Below, one piece after another: positions 17,817 to 27,394 of a DNA stretch of 64,000 nucleotides; within the stretch, counting starts at the first letter, position 1, and each line of letters opens with the position of its first letter. The position numbers and the translations under genes are program-made. Origin of the DNA: a bacterium (GTDB lineage Bacteria; Patescibacteriota; Minisyncoccia; Moranbacterales; UBA1568); NCBI GenBank assembly GCA_021821305.1, contig JAKACP010000001.1, positions 260,934 through 324,933 on the forward strand, given 5' to 3'. The notes under the pieces were generated by a model. The model had not been told where the DNA came from. It saw nothing but the letters and a program-made list of their open reading frames with translations, and did not search any database.

Positions 17817-18917
17817 ATGTTTTCACACGAAGGAAAAACCGGAGAAGGCCGGACGGGCCTGCTTCAGACGAGAAACGGGGTGATACCGACCCCGTTTTTC
17901 ATGCCGGACGCGACCCGCGGATCGGTGCGCGGGGTATCGGGCGAGGAACTGGAAGCGACCGGGATCGGGGCGATGGTCGTGAATACCTATCACCTCATGC
18001 TGCAGCCGGGCCCGGAGTACCTGAGGGATGCCGGCGGTATCCATCGCTTCATGGGATGGGACAAGCCGCTTCTTTCGGATTCCGGCGGATATCAGGTCTA
18101 TTCCCTCATCCACAAGAATCCTGAGATGGGGCGGATCACCGAGGAGGGCGCGGAGTTCCGTTCCGTGCTCGACGGGTCGAAACACCTCCTGACGCCGGAA
18201 CGCGCCATCGCGATCCAGTTCGATCTCGGCGTCGATATGATGGTGTGCCTCGACGATCCGCGCCCGAACGATGTTCCGGAAGGCGAGATGGCGGCGTCGG
18301 TCGAGCGGACCATCCGCTGGGCGAAGCGGTGCCGCGAGGAATTCGATCGGCAGGTGGCGGCGCGCGGACAGGACGACACGACCCGCCCGCTCCTCTTCGG
18401 GGTCGTGCAGGGCGGGACATCCGTCGCGCTCCGGAGGCGGTGCGCGGAAAGCCTGGCATCCATCGGCTTCGACGGATACGGCTTCGGCGGGCGGCATGTG
18501 GATGCGGAGGGGAATTTCCTCGAAGAGATCGTCCGCGAGACGGCGGCGGCCATTCCCGAGGATGCCCCGCGTTTCGCGCTCGGCATCGGCACACCGGAAG
18601 ATATCGTCCGGTGTCACGCGCTCGGCTGGGATATGTTCGACTGCGTCATCCCGACGCGGGAGGGACGCCATGGGAGGCTTTTCCTCTGGAAAACCGAAAG
18701 CCCGTTTTACGAAACTATCAATATCTCGAACGAGCAGTTCCGGGAAGATTTTTCACCGGTGGACAAGACCTGTGATTGTGAACTCTGCAGGAATCATAGC
18801 CGCGCGTATCTGCGGCACCTTTTCCGTGTCGGGGATTCGCTCGGCGGCAAGCTCGCCTCGATCCACAATCTCCGCTTCTACATGCGGCTCATGGAGCTCC
18901 TTCGCGGGGAAAAGTAA
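17817..18917 (+). CDS. tgt: queuine tRNA-ribosyltransferase
   Basis: Tgt motifs (LSDSGGYQV, DCVIPTR, and the zinc site CDCELC...H). ATG at 17817. Confidence 0.9.
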   Translation: MFSHEGKTGEGRTGLLQTRNGVIPTPFFMPDATRGSVRGVSGEELEATGIGAMVVNTYHLMLQPGPEYLRDAGGIHRFMGWDKPLLSDSGGYQVYSLIHKNPEMGRITEEGAEFRSVLDGSKHLLTPERAIAIQFDLGVDMMVCLDDPRPNDVPEGEMAASVERTIRWAKRCREEFDRQVAARGQDDTTRPLLFGVVQGGTSVALRRRCAESLASIGFDGYGFGGRHVDAEGNFLEEIVRETAAAIPEDAPRFALGIGTPEDIVRCHALGWDMFDCVIPTREGRHGRLFLWKTESPFYETINISNEQFREDFSPVDKTCDCELCRNHSRAYLRHLFRVGDSLGGKLASIHNLRFYMRLMELLRGEK

Positions 18918-19206
18918 AACCGCCCGATATTCGAGCGGCAAAGATTGCTACCGGCTCTCCTCCGCCGGTCGGATTGCTCGGGCGAAGGAGGGATTCGAGT
19001 CTTTCGAGGAGACGCTCATTTTCCGGATGCGGGAAGTATCGGGTGAACTCCCTCTGTACCTCGATACATGCCGAGAGGATCTCGATCGACCGATCATCTA
19101 AAATGGCGAGGGTCGGATGGCGCTCCGCCGAGTAGCGGGCGAAGGCGCGCCACCACAAGGACACGCGCCTGATGTATTTGAGAGTCCTTTTTCTGCGGAA
19201 AATCAT
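18889..19206 (-). CDS. hypothetical small protein (105 aa)
   Basis: ATG preceded by AGGGAG, with an upstream TTGTGA-N18-TATAAA promoter-like sequence. Overlaps the tgt 3' end by about 29 nt. Uncertain. Confidence 0.3.
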   Translation of the reverse strand: MIFRRKRTLKYIRRVSLWWRAFARYSAERHPTLAILDDRSIEILSACIEVQREFTRYFPHPENERLLERLESLLRPSNPTGGGEPVAIFAARISGGFTFPREGAP

Positions 19207-19356
19207 GGTATGTCTCCCTGATTGAAGGAACGATACTTCCTTTATACTCCCGAAGGGGCGTTCTTCACAAGGAATACGTCAACCCTCGTTCATTTCGGGA
19301 AACCCCGGGAGTATCCCGAACGCGCAAAAAAAGACCCGGGCCTTCGGCTCGGGTTT

Positions 19357-19512
19357 TCATTTTTCTTGGCTTCGATGGAAGCGATCCTGCTCCGGAATCT
19401 TCCAGCTGATCCGTTCTTTGCGGATGCGGCGGAGACGGACGACCGCCATGATGACGAGAATCGTGGCGATGATCCCGACCACGAGTGGTTCGATGAGTCT
19501 TGCGATATTCAT
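19357..19512 (-). CDS. small membrane protein (51 aa; MNIARLIEPLVVGIIATILVIMAVV-RLRRIRKER...)
   Basis: GGAGG sits 8 nt upstream of the ATG at 19512. A consensus-like promoter lies upstream at 19554-19582, and an intrinsic terminator follows the stop at 19333-19358. Confidence 0.5.
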   Translation of the reverse strand: MNIARLIEPLVVGIIATILVIMAVVRLRRIRKERISWKIPEQDRFHRSQEK

Positions 19513-19553
19513 GTCGCTCTCCTCCGATTGATTGAAAGGACTATGCTCCATCC

Positions 19554-19582
19554 TTTATACCACGGGCGTCTTCGCGCGACAA
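19554..19582 (-). promoter_or_regulatory. sigma70-like promoter TTGTCG-N17-TATAAA
   Basis: On the minus strand: ttgtcgcgcgaagacgcccgtggtataaa, about 40 nt upstream of the small-protein ATG. Confidence 0.5.
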
Positions 19583-19641
19583 TTTTTGACTTTCATCCTG
19601 GAAAAAGGTAGGGTTGAAGGGAAATAACGAACTTTTTTCCT

Positions 19642-21081
19642 ATGGCTGAACAGAAAAACGACCTCATGGACAAGATCGTCTCCCTCTGCAAACGGCGGGG
19701 ATTCGTGTTTCCTTCATCCGAGATCTACGGCGGATTCGCGGCGGTGTATGATTTCGGTCCGTACGGGGTCGAGCTCGCGCGCAACATCCGCGAAGCGTGG
19801 TGGAAGGCGATGGTGAGGGACCACGACAACATCGTCGGACTCGACAGCGCGATCTTCATGCACCCGAAGGTCTGGGAAGCGTCCGGGCATGTCGGGGGAT
19901 TCTCCGATCCGCTCGCGGAGTGCCGCGAGTGTCATTCGCGCGTCCGCGTCGACCACCTCCTCGAGGAGGCCGGCGTGCAGGCGGACGAGAAGATGACCGA
20001 CGAGGACATCAACAAGCTGTTTTCCGAGCACAAGGACAAGGTCGTCTGCCCGAAATGCGGCAAGAAGAGTTTCACGGAAGCGAAGAGCTTCAACCTCCTC
20101 GTCCAATCCAATCTCGGCAATTTCACGGGCGACTGGACCAAAGAACCGACCTATCTCCGCGGCGAGACCTGTCAGGGTATCTACGTCAATTTCAAGAACG
20201 TACTCGACTCCTCGCGGGTCAAGGTGCCGTTCGGCATCGCGCAGATCGGCAAGGCGTTCCGCAACGAGATCACCGCGCGGCAGTTCATCTTCCGCAAACG
20301 TGAATTCGAGCAGATGGAGATGCAGTACTTCGTCCGGCCCGAAGAGGCGGCCGCGACCTATGAGGAATGGCGCAAGAAACGATGGCAGTACTATCTCGAC
20401 CTTGGGATCCGCGAGGAGAACCTCCGCTGGCACGAGCACGAGAATCTCGTCTTCTACGCCAAGGCGGCATGGGATATCGAGTACAAGTTCCCGTTCGGGT
20501 TCAAGGAGCTCGAGGGCGTCCACAATCGGAGCGACTACGATCTCACCCAGCACTCCAAGTTCTCGGGCGAAGATCTTTCCTATCGGGACCCGATCACGAA
20601 CGAGAAGTTCATGCCGTGGATCATCGAGACCTCGGTCGGGCTCGATCGGACCTTCCTCGCGGTGATGACCGATGCGTACACGGAAGAGGAAGTCGGGGAG
20701 GGGGACACGCGCGTCGTACTCAAATTCCCCAGGAAGCTCGCCCCGGTACAGATCGCAGTCTTCCCGCTCCTCAAGAACAAGCCGGAACTAGTGGCGAAGG
20801 CGCGCGAGATATTCGGTTCGCTCAAGGAAAATTTCCGCGTCGAATTCGATGACAATGGCAACGTGGGCAAGCGCTATCGCCGCCAGGACGAGATCGGGAC
20901 ACCGTATTGTGTGACCGTCGACTTCGATACGATCGGCCTGGGCGACCCGTCTTCCGATGGAAGCCGGGCAGGAGACAAATCTCTCGAAGGCACCGTCACT
21001 GTCCGCGATCGCGACACGATGAAACAGGAGAGGATCCCGATCGCCGGATTGCAGGAGTATTTTTCCGAACGGCTGAAGTAA
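19642..21081 (+). CDS. glyQS: glycine--tRNA ligase (dimeric alpha2 type)
   Basis: 479 aa, class II motifs, GlyRS-specific sequence (FRNEITARQFIFRKREFEQMEMQYF) and an anticodon-binding C-terminus. Confidence 0.95.
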   Translation: MAEQKNDLMDKIVSLCKRRGFVFPSSEIYGGFAAVYDFGPYGVELARNIREAWWKAMVRDHDNIVGLDSAIFMHPKVWEASGHVGGFSDPLAECRECHSRVRVDHLLEEAGVQADEKMTDEDINKLFSEHKDKVVCPKCGKKSFTEAKSFNLLVQSNLGNFTGDWTKEPTYLRGETCQGIYVNFKNVLDSSRVKVPFGIAQIGKAFRNEITARQFIFRKREFEQMEMQYFVRPEEAAATYEEWRKKRWQYYLDLGIREENLRWHEHENLVFYAKAAWDIEYKFPFGFKELEGVHNRSDYDLTQHSKFSGEDLSYRDPITNEKFMPWIIETSVGLDRTFLAVMTDAYTEEEVGEGDTRVVLKFPRKLAPVQIAVFPLLKNKPELVAKAREIFGSLKENFRVEFDDNGNVGKRYRRQDEIGTPYCVTVDFDTIGLGDPSSDGSRAGDKSLEGTVTVRDRDTMKQERIPIAGLQEYFSERLK

Positions 21082-21100
21082 ATTCCATTCTACATACCAT

Positions 21101-22375
21101 ATGAACTACAAGAAACTCACCCTCAAGAACGGCTTGCGCGTCATATTGGCGCCGATGCATGAGACGGGAACGGCGACGGTCCTCGTCATGACCGGAGCCG
21201 GGTCGCGCTATGAAGCGAGAAAGGAGAGCGGTATCGCACACTTCCTCGAGCACATGTTCTTCAAGGGGACGAAGAATCGTCCGACGGCATTCGATATCTC
21301 GCAGGAGCTCGACGCGATCGGTGCGGAATACAACGCGTTCACCGGCAAGGAATATACCGGCTACTATGCCAAAGTCGAGGCGCATCATGCCGATACGGCG
21401 CTTGACGTCGTCTCGGATCTTTTTTTGCACCAGAAGCTCGAACAAGTAGAGATTGATCGTGAGAAGGGGACGATCCTTCAGGAGATCAATATGTACGAGG
21501 ACCGACCGTCCTCCCGTGTAGGCGAACACTTCGAGGAGCTTCTCTACGGAGATCACCCTGCGGGGTGGCGTATTCTCGGGCCCAAGGAGAACATCAAGGG
21601 ATTCAAGCGTTCGGATTTCGTCCGATTCCTGAAGAAGATGTACACGGGCCCGAATGTCGTCATCGGCGTCGCGGGGAAGATCGACGAGAAGAAGATTCTC
21701 CGTGAGATCAAGAAACGGTTCGATGTCCTTGAGAAAGGGGAGAAGCCGTCATTCAGGAAAATTTCCGAGAAGCAGAAGATGCCGGCGCTCCTTATCGAGA
21801 AGAAGAAGACCGACCAGACGCACCTTCTCCTCGGGGTGCGGGCGTATCCCGCGGAGCACAAGGATCGATATGCGCTCTCGGTACTCTCGACCATACTCGG
21901 CGGCGGGATGTCGTCGCGGCTCTTTATCCAGGTGAGGGAACGGCGCGGACTCGCGTACAGCGTGCATACGAATTACGACGCTCTTCATGACGCCGGCTAT
22001 CTCGCGACCCAGGTCGGCGTCGAGCATGAGAACCTCGAGGAGACGATCCGGGTGATACTCAGCGAGTACCGCAGGATCGCGACGGAGAAAGCGGATGAGG
22101 AGGAAATCTCTCGCGCGAAGGAATATATCAAAGGGCGCCTCGCGATGGGGCTTGAAGGGTCGGATGACGTTGTCGAATACCTCGTCACGCAGGAGGTGCT
22201 CCGGGACAAAGTCACGCTTCCCGAAGAGAAGGTGAAGAAGATCGACGCCGTGACCGTAGATGACGTGCTGCGCGTCGCCAAGGATATCTTCGTCAACGAG
22301 AAACTCAACCTCGCGATCATCGGGCCGCATGATGCCGGGATGAAAAAGAAGCTCGAGAAACTGCTCGTCCTATGA
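21101..22375 (+). CDS. M16 family zinc peptidase (insulinase-like)
   Basis: HFLEHMFFKGT inverted zinc-binding motif (HxxEH); 424 aa. Confidence 0.9.
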   Translation: MNYKKLTLKNGLRVILAPMHETGTATVLVMTGAGSRYEARKESGIAHFLEHMFFKGTKNRPTAFDISQELDAIGAEYNAFTGKEYTGYYAKVEAHHADTALDVVSDLFLHQKLEQVEIDREKGTILQEINMYEDRPSSRVGEHFEELLYGDHPAGWRILGPKENIKGFKRSDFVRFLKKMYTGPNVVIGVAGKIDEKKILREIKKRFDVLEKGEKPSFRKISEKQKMPALLIEKKKTDQTHLLLGVRAYPAEHKDRYALSVLSTILGGGMSSRLFIQVRERRGLAYSVHTNYDALHDAGYLATQVGVEHENLEETIRVILSEYRRIATEKADEEEISRAKEYIKGRLAMGLEGSDDVVEYLVTQEVLRDKVTLPEEKVKKIDAVTVDDVLRVAKDIFVNEKLNLAIIGPHDAGMKKKLEKLLVL

Positions 22376-23406
22376 ATCAGGAATCCGTCGTCGATATCGG
22401 AACCAAGCTCATCCTCCGCGTCGCGCTCATAGCGACGGGGGTGTACTTCCTCTATCTCCTCCGCGGTGTCGTGCTCCTCGTCATGCTCGCGGTGCTCACG
22501 GCGGCGGCCTTCTATCCGATCATCGGGCGGCTTGCGCGGTGGAAATTCTCCCGGACCGGCGCGGTCGTGACCGTGTACCTGAGCTTCCTGACGCTTATCG
22601 TCGCGATGGTCGCGATCTTCATCCCGCTTTTCGTCTCGGAAATGAAGAACTTCGCGGCCGCATGGCCGGCGTACGGCGAGAAACTTTCCGGAATCCTGTT
22701 CGCGTTCGAGCAGTACTTCTGGTCGTTCGGCGTGGACTTCAGTCGCGAACAGCTGTTCGCCGAGGTCGAGACCGGACTTTCGCAGGGCGTGGGAAACATC
22801 GTCGCGACGACGGTCGGGATCTTTTCCGGGCTCATCCATTTCCTCGGATACTTCTTTCTCGCGCTCTACCTCTCGCTCGAGGAGGACGGTATCGAGAAGT
22901 TCTTCCGCGCCCTCACACCGGACCGGTATCACGCCCGTGCGGCGGAATTCGCGGGCAAGATCCGCGACCGCGTCTCCCGGTGGCTCGGCGCACAACTCCT
23001 CCTCATGGCGATCGTGTTCGCCATCTACTACGTCGGGCTCTCGCTCTTCGGCGTCCCGTACGCCTTCGCGATCGCGCTCTTCGGCGGTCTCGTGGAGATC
23101 GTCCCGTATATCGGGCCTATCCTCGCCGGTGTTCCGGCAGTCATTTTCGGCCTGCTCGAGGCGCCGGTCATCGGGTTCTCGGTACTCGCCTACTATGTCA
23201 TCGCGCATCAGCTCGAGAGTCACATCATCGCGCCGCAGATCATGAAACACTCCGCGGGGCTCAACCCGGTCGTGCTCATCGTCGCGGTGTTGATCGGCCT
23301 CGAGCTCGGCGGAGCGATCGGCGTCCTCCTCGCCGTTCCGACGGCGATGATCATGGGTGTCTTCGTGGAGGATTTCATGGAGAAACAGCAGGCCGGTAAA
23401 CAGTGA
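22372..23406 (+). CDS. AI-2E family transporter (PerM/UPF0118)
   Basis: 344 aa, about 8 TM, with the conserved AI-2E family layout. Start overlaps the preceding stop. Confidence 0.8.
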   Translation: MNQESVVDIGTKLILRVALIATGVYFLYLLRGVVLLVMLAVLTAAAFYPIIGRLARWKFSRTGAVVTVYLSFLTLIVAMVAIFIPLFVSEMKNFAAAWPAYGEKLSGILFAFEQYFWSFGVDFSREQLFAEVETGLSQGVGNIVATTVGIFSGLIHFLGYFFLALYLSLEEDGIEKFFRALTPDRYHARAAEFAGKIRDRVSRWLGAQLLLMAIVFAIYYVGLSLFGVPYAFAIALFGGLVEIVPYIGPILAGVPAVIFGLLEAPVIGFSVLAYYVIAHQLESHIIAPQIMKHSAGLNPVVLIVAVLIGLELGGAIGVLLAVPTAMIMGVFVEDFMEKQQAGKQ

Positions 23407-23415
23407 ATCGGAATC

Positions 23416-24102
23416 ATGACACCGGAAACGAAGGGACAATTGCTCATCGTCGCCACCCCGATCGGCAATCTCGAGGACATCACGCTCCGGGCGTTGCGCG
23501 TGCTGCGCGAGTGCGACACGGTGCTCGCCGAAGACACGCGGGTCACGAGGAAGCTTCTCTCGCATCACGGGATCGACAAGCCGGCCGTCTCGTGTCACGA
23601 ACACACGGACGAGGGCAAGCTCGCGCGGCTCGTGGAAGAGATGAAAGAGGGGAAGAGTTTCGCCTACGTGACGGACGCCGGGACGCCGGGCCTTTCGGAC
23701 CCGGGTAACCGCCTCGTCTCGCTCGCGGTCGCCGCCGGTATTCCGGTTTCGCCGATCCCGGGCGCGTCGGCTCTCGGCGCGATCGTCTCGGTCGCGGGAA
23801 TCGATATGCGCGAGTTCGTCTTTCTCGGGTTTCCTCCGCACAAGAAGGGGCGTGAGACGTTTTTCAAGAAAGTGACGGCATCCGAATATCCGGTCATCTA
23901 CTATGAGTCGCCGCATCGGGTGATCAAGAACCTGCGCCTGCTCGGGGAGTTCGCTCCCGAAAAGCGGATCATCGTCGGCCGCGAACTCACCAAGATGTTC
24001 GAGGAAGTCGTCCGCGGTCCGGTCGCGGATGTCCTGGCCTATTTCGAAGCGAATCCGGGGAAAGTGAAAGGGGAGTTTGTCGTCATCGCGTATTCGGCAT
24101 AA
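23416..24102 (+). CDS. rsmI: 16S rRNA (cytidine1402-2'-O)-methyltransferase RsmI
   Basis: Tetrapyrrole-methylase fold N-terminus (LLIVATPIGNLEDITLRAL..L..D..LAEDTR). Confidence 0.85.
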   Translation: MTPETKGQLLIVATPIGNLEDITLRALRVLRECDTVLAEDTRVTRKLLSHHGIDKPAVSCHEHTDEGKLARLVEEMKEGKSFAYVTDAGTPGLSDPGNRLVSLAVAAGIPVSPIPGASALGAIVSVAGIDMREFVFLGFPPHKKGRETFFKKVTASEYPVIYYESPHRVIKNLRLLGEFAPEKRIIVGRELTKMFEEVVRGPVADVLAYFEANPGKVKGEFVVIAYSA

Positions 24103-24132
24103 AATGAAAAAGCCCGATGCGTTGCATCGAGC
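24102..24132 (-). terminator. intrinsic terminator for minus-strand small peptide gene
   Basis: Hairpin gcccgatgcgttgcatcgagc, followed on the minus strand by a T-tract (ttttt). Confidence 0.6.
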
Positions 24133-24151
24133 CGTGGTCGGTCGGAAAATC

Positions 24152-24319
24152 CTAACCGGAAAAGGTGGTGGCGATCCAGTCGAACCAGGTGCCGCTGGCG
24201 AAAGTACAGCTTCCACCCGTGGCACAGTCGGCCGACAGACTGGTGTATACGATCACCAGGAGAACGATAAACGCCATAAAAGCCAGTTTCCGGTCCTTCC
24301 GTTCCAGTGCAGTGTCCAT
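24152..24319 (-). CDS. small secreted/membrane-anchored cysteine peptide (55 aa; MDTALERKDRKLAFMAFIVLLVIVYTSLSA|DCATGGSCTFASGTWFDWIATTFSG)
   Basis: Not in the ORF track because it is too short. GGAGGT sits 8 nt upstream of the ATG. A signal-peptide-like N-terminus carries a SLSA|D cleavage-like site. The mature ~25 aa has a C-x5-C pair. Flanked by a perfect promoter and a terminator. Confidence 0.55.
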   Translation of the reverse strand: MDTALERKDRKLAFMAFIVLLVIVYTSLSADCATGGSCTFASGTWFDWIATTFSG

Positions 24320-24373
24320 CTTTGATACCTCCTTCTGGTTGAGAAAATTGTGAAGCTACGATTACAAGTTCGT

Positions 24374-24402
24374 ATTATACTCCGAAAAAACCGTTTTGTC
24401 AA
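24374..24402 (-). promoter_or_regulatory. perfect consensus sigma70 promoter TTGACA-N17-TATAAT
   Basis: Minus strand ttgacaaaacggttttttcggagtataat, with -35 at 24397-24402 and -10 at 24374-24379, about 50 nt upstream of the small peptide ATG. Confidence 0.65.
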
Positions 24403-24476
24403 CCCTGTTAAACAATAAAACGTGCTATTTTTCTTTATGTAGAAGCGATTCTTTCGTTTAACAAGGTCAAGAGTAT

Positions 24477-25910
24477 ATGAACGAAAATACTGAAAATAAG
24501 CCTTTTTACATAACGACGACTCTTCCGTATGTGAACGGATTGCCGCATCTCGGATATGCGCTTGAGGCGGTTCAGGCGGATGTGCTCGCGCGCATGGCCC
24601 GGGCCCGCGGAGACGAGGTGGTCTTCAATATCGGGACCGACGAGCATGGGCAGAAGATATTCCGGAGAGCCGCCGAGGAAGGCATCACGCCGCAGGAATT
24701 CTGCGATCGGATGTCCGAACATTTCCGTGCGCTCAAAGACACGCTTGATGTGAGCTATACGCATTTCATCCGGACGACCGACGCGCACCATATCTCCGCC
24801 GCGCAGGAATTCTGGCGTCGGTGCGAGCGAAGCGGCGATATCTACAAGAAGCAGTATCAGACGAAGTATTGCGTCGGCTGTGAGATGGAGAAGACCGACT
24901 CGGATCTCGATCATGGGAAGTGTCCGGATCATCCGACCCTGGATATCGAGATCGTCGAGGAGGAAAACTATTTCTTTCGCTTTTCGAAATACCAAGATGC
25001 GCTTCTCCGGCTTTACGGGGAACGGCCGGATTTCGTGGTACCGGCGAACCGGCTCGCGGAGATACGAAACTTCGTGGAAAAGGGACTGCAGGATTTCAGC
25101 ATCTCGCGGCTCGCGTCCAAGATGTCGTGGGGGATCCCGGTGCCGGGCGACGAGGAGCACGTCATGTACGTGTGGTTCGATGCGCTCGTCAACTATATCT
25201 CCACCCTCGGGTGGCCCGAGGACGATGCCACGTTCGGGAAATTCTGGCCGGGACTTCAGATCGCGGGCAAGGACAATCTCCGCCAGCAGTCGGCGATGTG
25301 GCAAGCGATGCTCCTCTCCGCCGGGTTCGATCCGTCACGACAGATCCTCATTCATGGTCACATCATGGTCGGGGGCCAGAAGATGTCGAAGTCGCAGGGC
25401 AACGTCATCTCGCCCGATGAGCTTCGGGAGAAATTCGGCACGGACGGAACGCGGTACCTGCTCCTCTCCTCGGGCAATCTCGAGAACGATCCGGATATCA
25501 CCATGGAGCGCCTGACCGAGAAGTACAACGCCGATCTCGCGAATGGTCTGGGCAACCTCGTCTCCCGCGTGCTCAAGCTCGCCGAGAAACTCGACCGACA
25601 AGGAGCGAGGAGCGAGGAACGAGGAACGCCCGAGGAGCTGACGCAGCTGATCGACGGATATAGGTTCGCCGATGCGATGGAATGGGTGATGGCGCTCGTC
25701 CGTGAGGCGAACAGACACATAGACGACGAGAAACCATGGGAGCTCGTGAAGACCGATACGGAGCGGTTCGAGGGCGTGATGCGTACCCTCCTCGATCGCC
25801 TCGCGCTTCTCTCGGTCGCGCTCACCCCGCTTCTTCCCCGGACTTCCGAAAAGATCGCACGAGCCATCGAGGAAGGAACAACCGAACCCCTGTTTCAAAG
25901 AATCCGATGA
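24477..25910 (+). CDS. metG: methionine--tRNA ligase (short form)
   Basis: PYVNGLPHLGYA (HIGH-like), zinc knuckle CVGC...C..H, and KMSKSQGN. Confidence 0.95.
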   Translation: MNENTENKPFYITTTLPYVNGLPHLGYALEAVQADVLARMARARGDEVVFNIGTDEHGQKIFRRAAEEGITPQEFCDRMSEHFRALKDTLDVSYTHFIRTTDAHHISAAQEFWRRCERSGDIYKKQYQTKYCVGCEMEKTDSDLDHGKCPDHPTLDIEIVEEENYFFRFSKYQDALLRLYGERPDFVVPANRLAEIRNFVEKGLQDFSISRLASKMSWGIPVPGDEEHVMYVWFDALVNYISTLGWPEDDATFGKFWPGLQIAGKDNLRQQSAMWQAMLLSAGFDPSRQILIHGHIMVGGQKMSKSQGNVISPDELREKFGTDGTRYLLLSSGNLENDPDITMERLTEKYNADLANGLGNLVSRVLKLAEKLDRQGARSEERGTPEELTQLIDGYRFADAMEWVMALVREANRHIDDEKPWELVKTDTERFEGVMRTLLDRLALLSVALTPLLPRTSEKIARAIEEGTTEPLFQRIR

Positions 25911-25945
25911 TGTTTCTGAGAGCTCTCAGCTAAAAGCCAAAAGCC

Positions 25946-26782
25946 GTGCTGGATATCCACACCCATCTCTATTTCCCGGATTTCGATCTCGACCGGGACG
26001 AAACCGTGAAACGCGCGAAGGAAGCGGGTGTCGGTTTCATGATTTCCGTCGGGACCGACCCGGAGGATAACGCGAAAGCGATCGGCATCGCCGAGGCCTA
26101 CGACGGCGTATCCGCGTCGGTGGGGCTCCACCCGCATTTTTTCAACCGTCCGGAGATCGATGAGACGCGCATAGCGGAGGAAGCCGGGAGACTGGAGACG
26201 CTCGCGGGACATCCGAAGGTCGTCGCGATCGGGGAGTGCGGGCTGGATTATTTCTCGCGCGAGCCCGGACGCCCGATAACGGACGAGCAGAAGTCGAGGC
26301 AGAAAGAGGGGCTTCTCGCGCAGATGGGAATCGCCACGAAACTCGGCTTGCCGCTCATCCTCCATACGCGTCCGTCCCAGGGATCCATGGACGCATACGA
26401 GGATATGTTCGACATTCTCAAGAGTGAATCCCTGACAGCCGTCCTACACTGCTATCAAGGTGATACTGGGATCACCCGGGAATTTCTCGGACTTCCGAAC
26501 GTGCACTTCTCTTTCGCCGGCAACGTGACCTACCCGGTCAAGAAAGCGCTCGAGGGAACGAAGGACGATATCCGCGAGACCGTGAAACTCGTGCCGTCCG
26601 ATCGATTGTTCGTCGAGACCGACTGTCCGTTCCTCGCGCCCCAGGATAAACGGGGAGGGCGCAACGAACCGGCGTTCGTGCGGATGACGGCCGGCGCCGT
26701 CGCCGCGATACGGGCGGTTTCGGAAGAGGAAATCGATCGGCAGGTCGGACAGAACGCTCTTCGGGTTTTCGGAAGAAAGTGA
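25946..26782 (+). CDS. tatD: TatD family metal-dependent hydrolase
   Basis: MLDIHTHL start, and conserved His/Glu/Asp metal ligands of the TatD TIM-barrel. Confidence 0.9.
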   Translation: MLDIHTHLYFPDFDLDRDETVKRAKEAGVGFMISVGTDPEDNAKAIGIAEAYDGVSASVGLHPHFFNRPEIDETRIAEEAGRLETLAGHPKVVAIGECGLDYFSREPGRPITDEQKSRQKEGLLAQMGIATKLGLPLILHTRPSQGSMDAYEDMFDILKSESLTAVLHCYQGDTGITREFLGLPNVHFSFAGNVTYPVKKALEGTKDDIRETVKLVPSDRLFVETDCPFLAPQDKRGGRNEPAFVRMTAGAVAAIRAVSEEEIDRQVGQNALRVFGRK

Positions 26783-26828
26783 TAAAATGAAGCTGTTGGA
26801 GGGGGCATAATCAATTCAGCTAAAACAT

Positions 26829-27302
26829 ATGGGATTTTTCGGTTTCGGAGGCGGGTCGCCTGAAAAGAGCGCAGCTCAGGGGCGAAGCGAGGATGCCGTG
26901 TACCGCGGCGAGATTTCTCCGATCGATGGAGCGGATCCGAGCCAGCCGATCGAGTTTTCGCTCACTCCGGAGGAGTCCGAAGAGGCCCAGCGGGGGTTGC
27001 TCGCCGCGAAGGAGGCGGCGGGGCGGATCGATACCGAACGTATCGAGGTAAGTCGGGAGCACATTTTCGGGGAACAGACCGAGCGGGCTCCTGCCGAGCC
27101 GATCGGTACTCCGCGGAGCGCCGCGTTCATCGAGGAGGCGGAGCATTTCGCGGCCGAAGTGCCGGTGACGACCGCGAATCCCGGAAATCAGGGGAACGGT
27201 GAGGAGCGTATCAGATTTGACCTCAATCCGGAGCCGATCGAGGCATCCGCCGAAGGATCTGATGAGGAGCCGGTGGCACCGTCCGTCATGGGTGGCTTCT
27301 GA
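26829..27302 (+). CDS. hypothetical acidic low-complexity protein (157 aa)
   Basis: ORF immediately upstream of the atp operon. The antisense ORF on the other strand is R-rich junk. No recognised family. Confidence 0.4.
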   Translation: MGFFGFGGGSPEKSAAQGRSEDAVYRGEISPIDGADPSQPIEFSLTPEESEEAQRGLLAAKEAAGRIDTERIEVSREHIFGEQTERAPAEPIGTPRSAAFIEEAEHFAAEVPVTTANPGNQGNGEERIRFDLNPEPIEASAEGSDEEPVAPSVMGGF

Positions 27303-27314
27303 AATTTCCCTTGT

Positions 27315-27343
27315 TTGACACATCGGTGCTTTCGACATAGAAT
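27315..27343 (+). promoter_or_regulatory. sigma70-like promoter TTGACA-N17-TAGAAT for the atp operon
   Basis: -35 at 27315-27320 and -10 at 27338-27343. A 5'UTR hairpin ggcgacgcgtgaggcgtcgcc follows. Confidence 0.6.
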
Positions 27344-27394
27344 ATATGGCGACGCGTGAGGCGTCGCCTTTCGTTTCCGATTCTTTTCCCTGGT

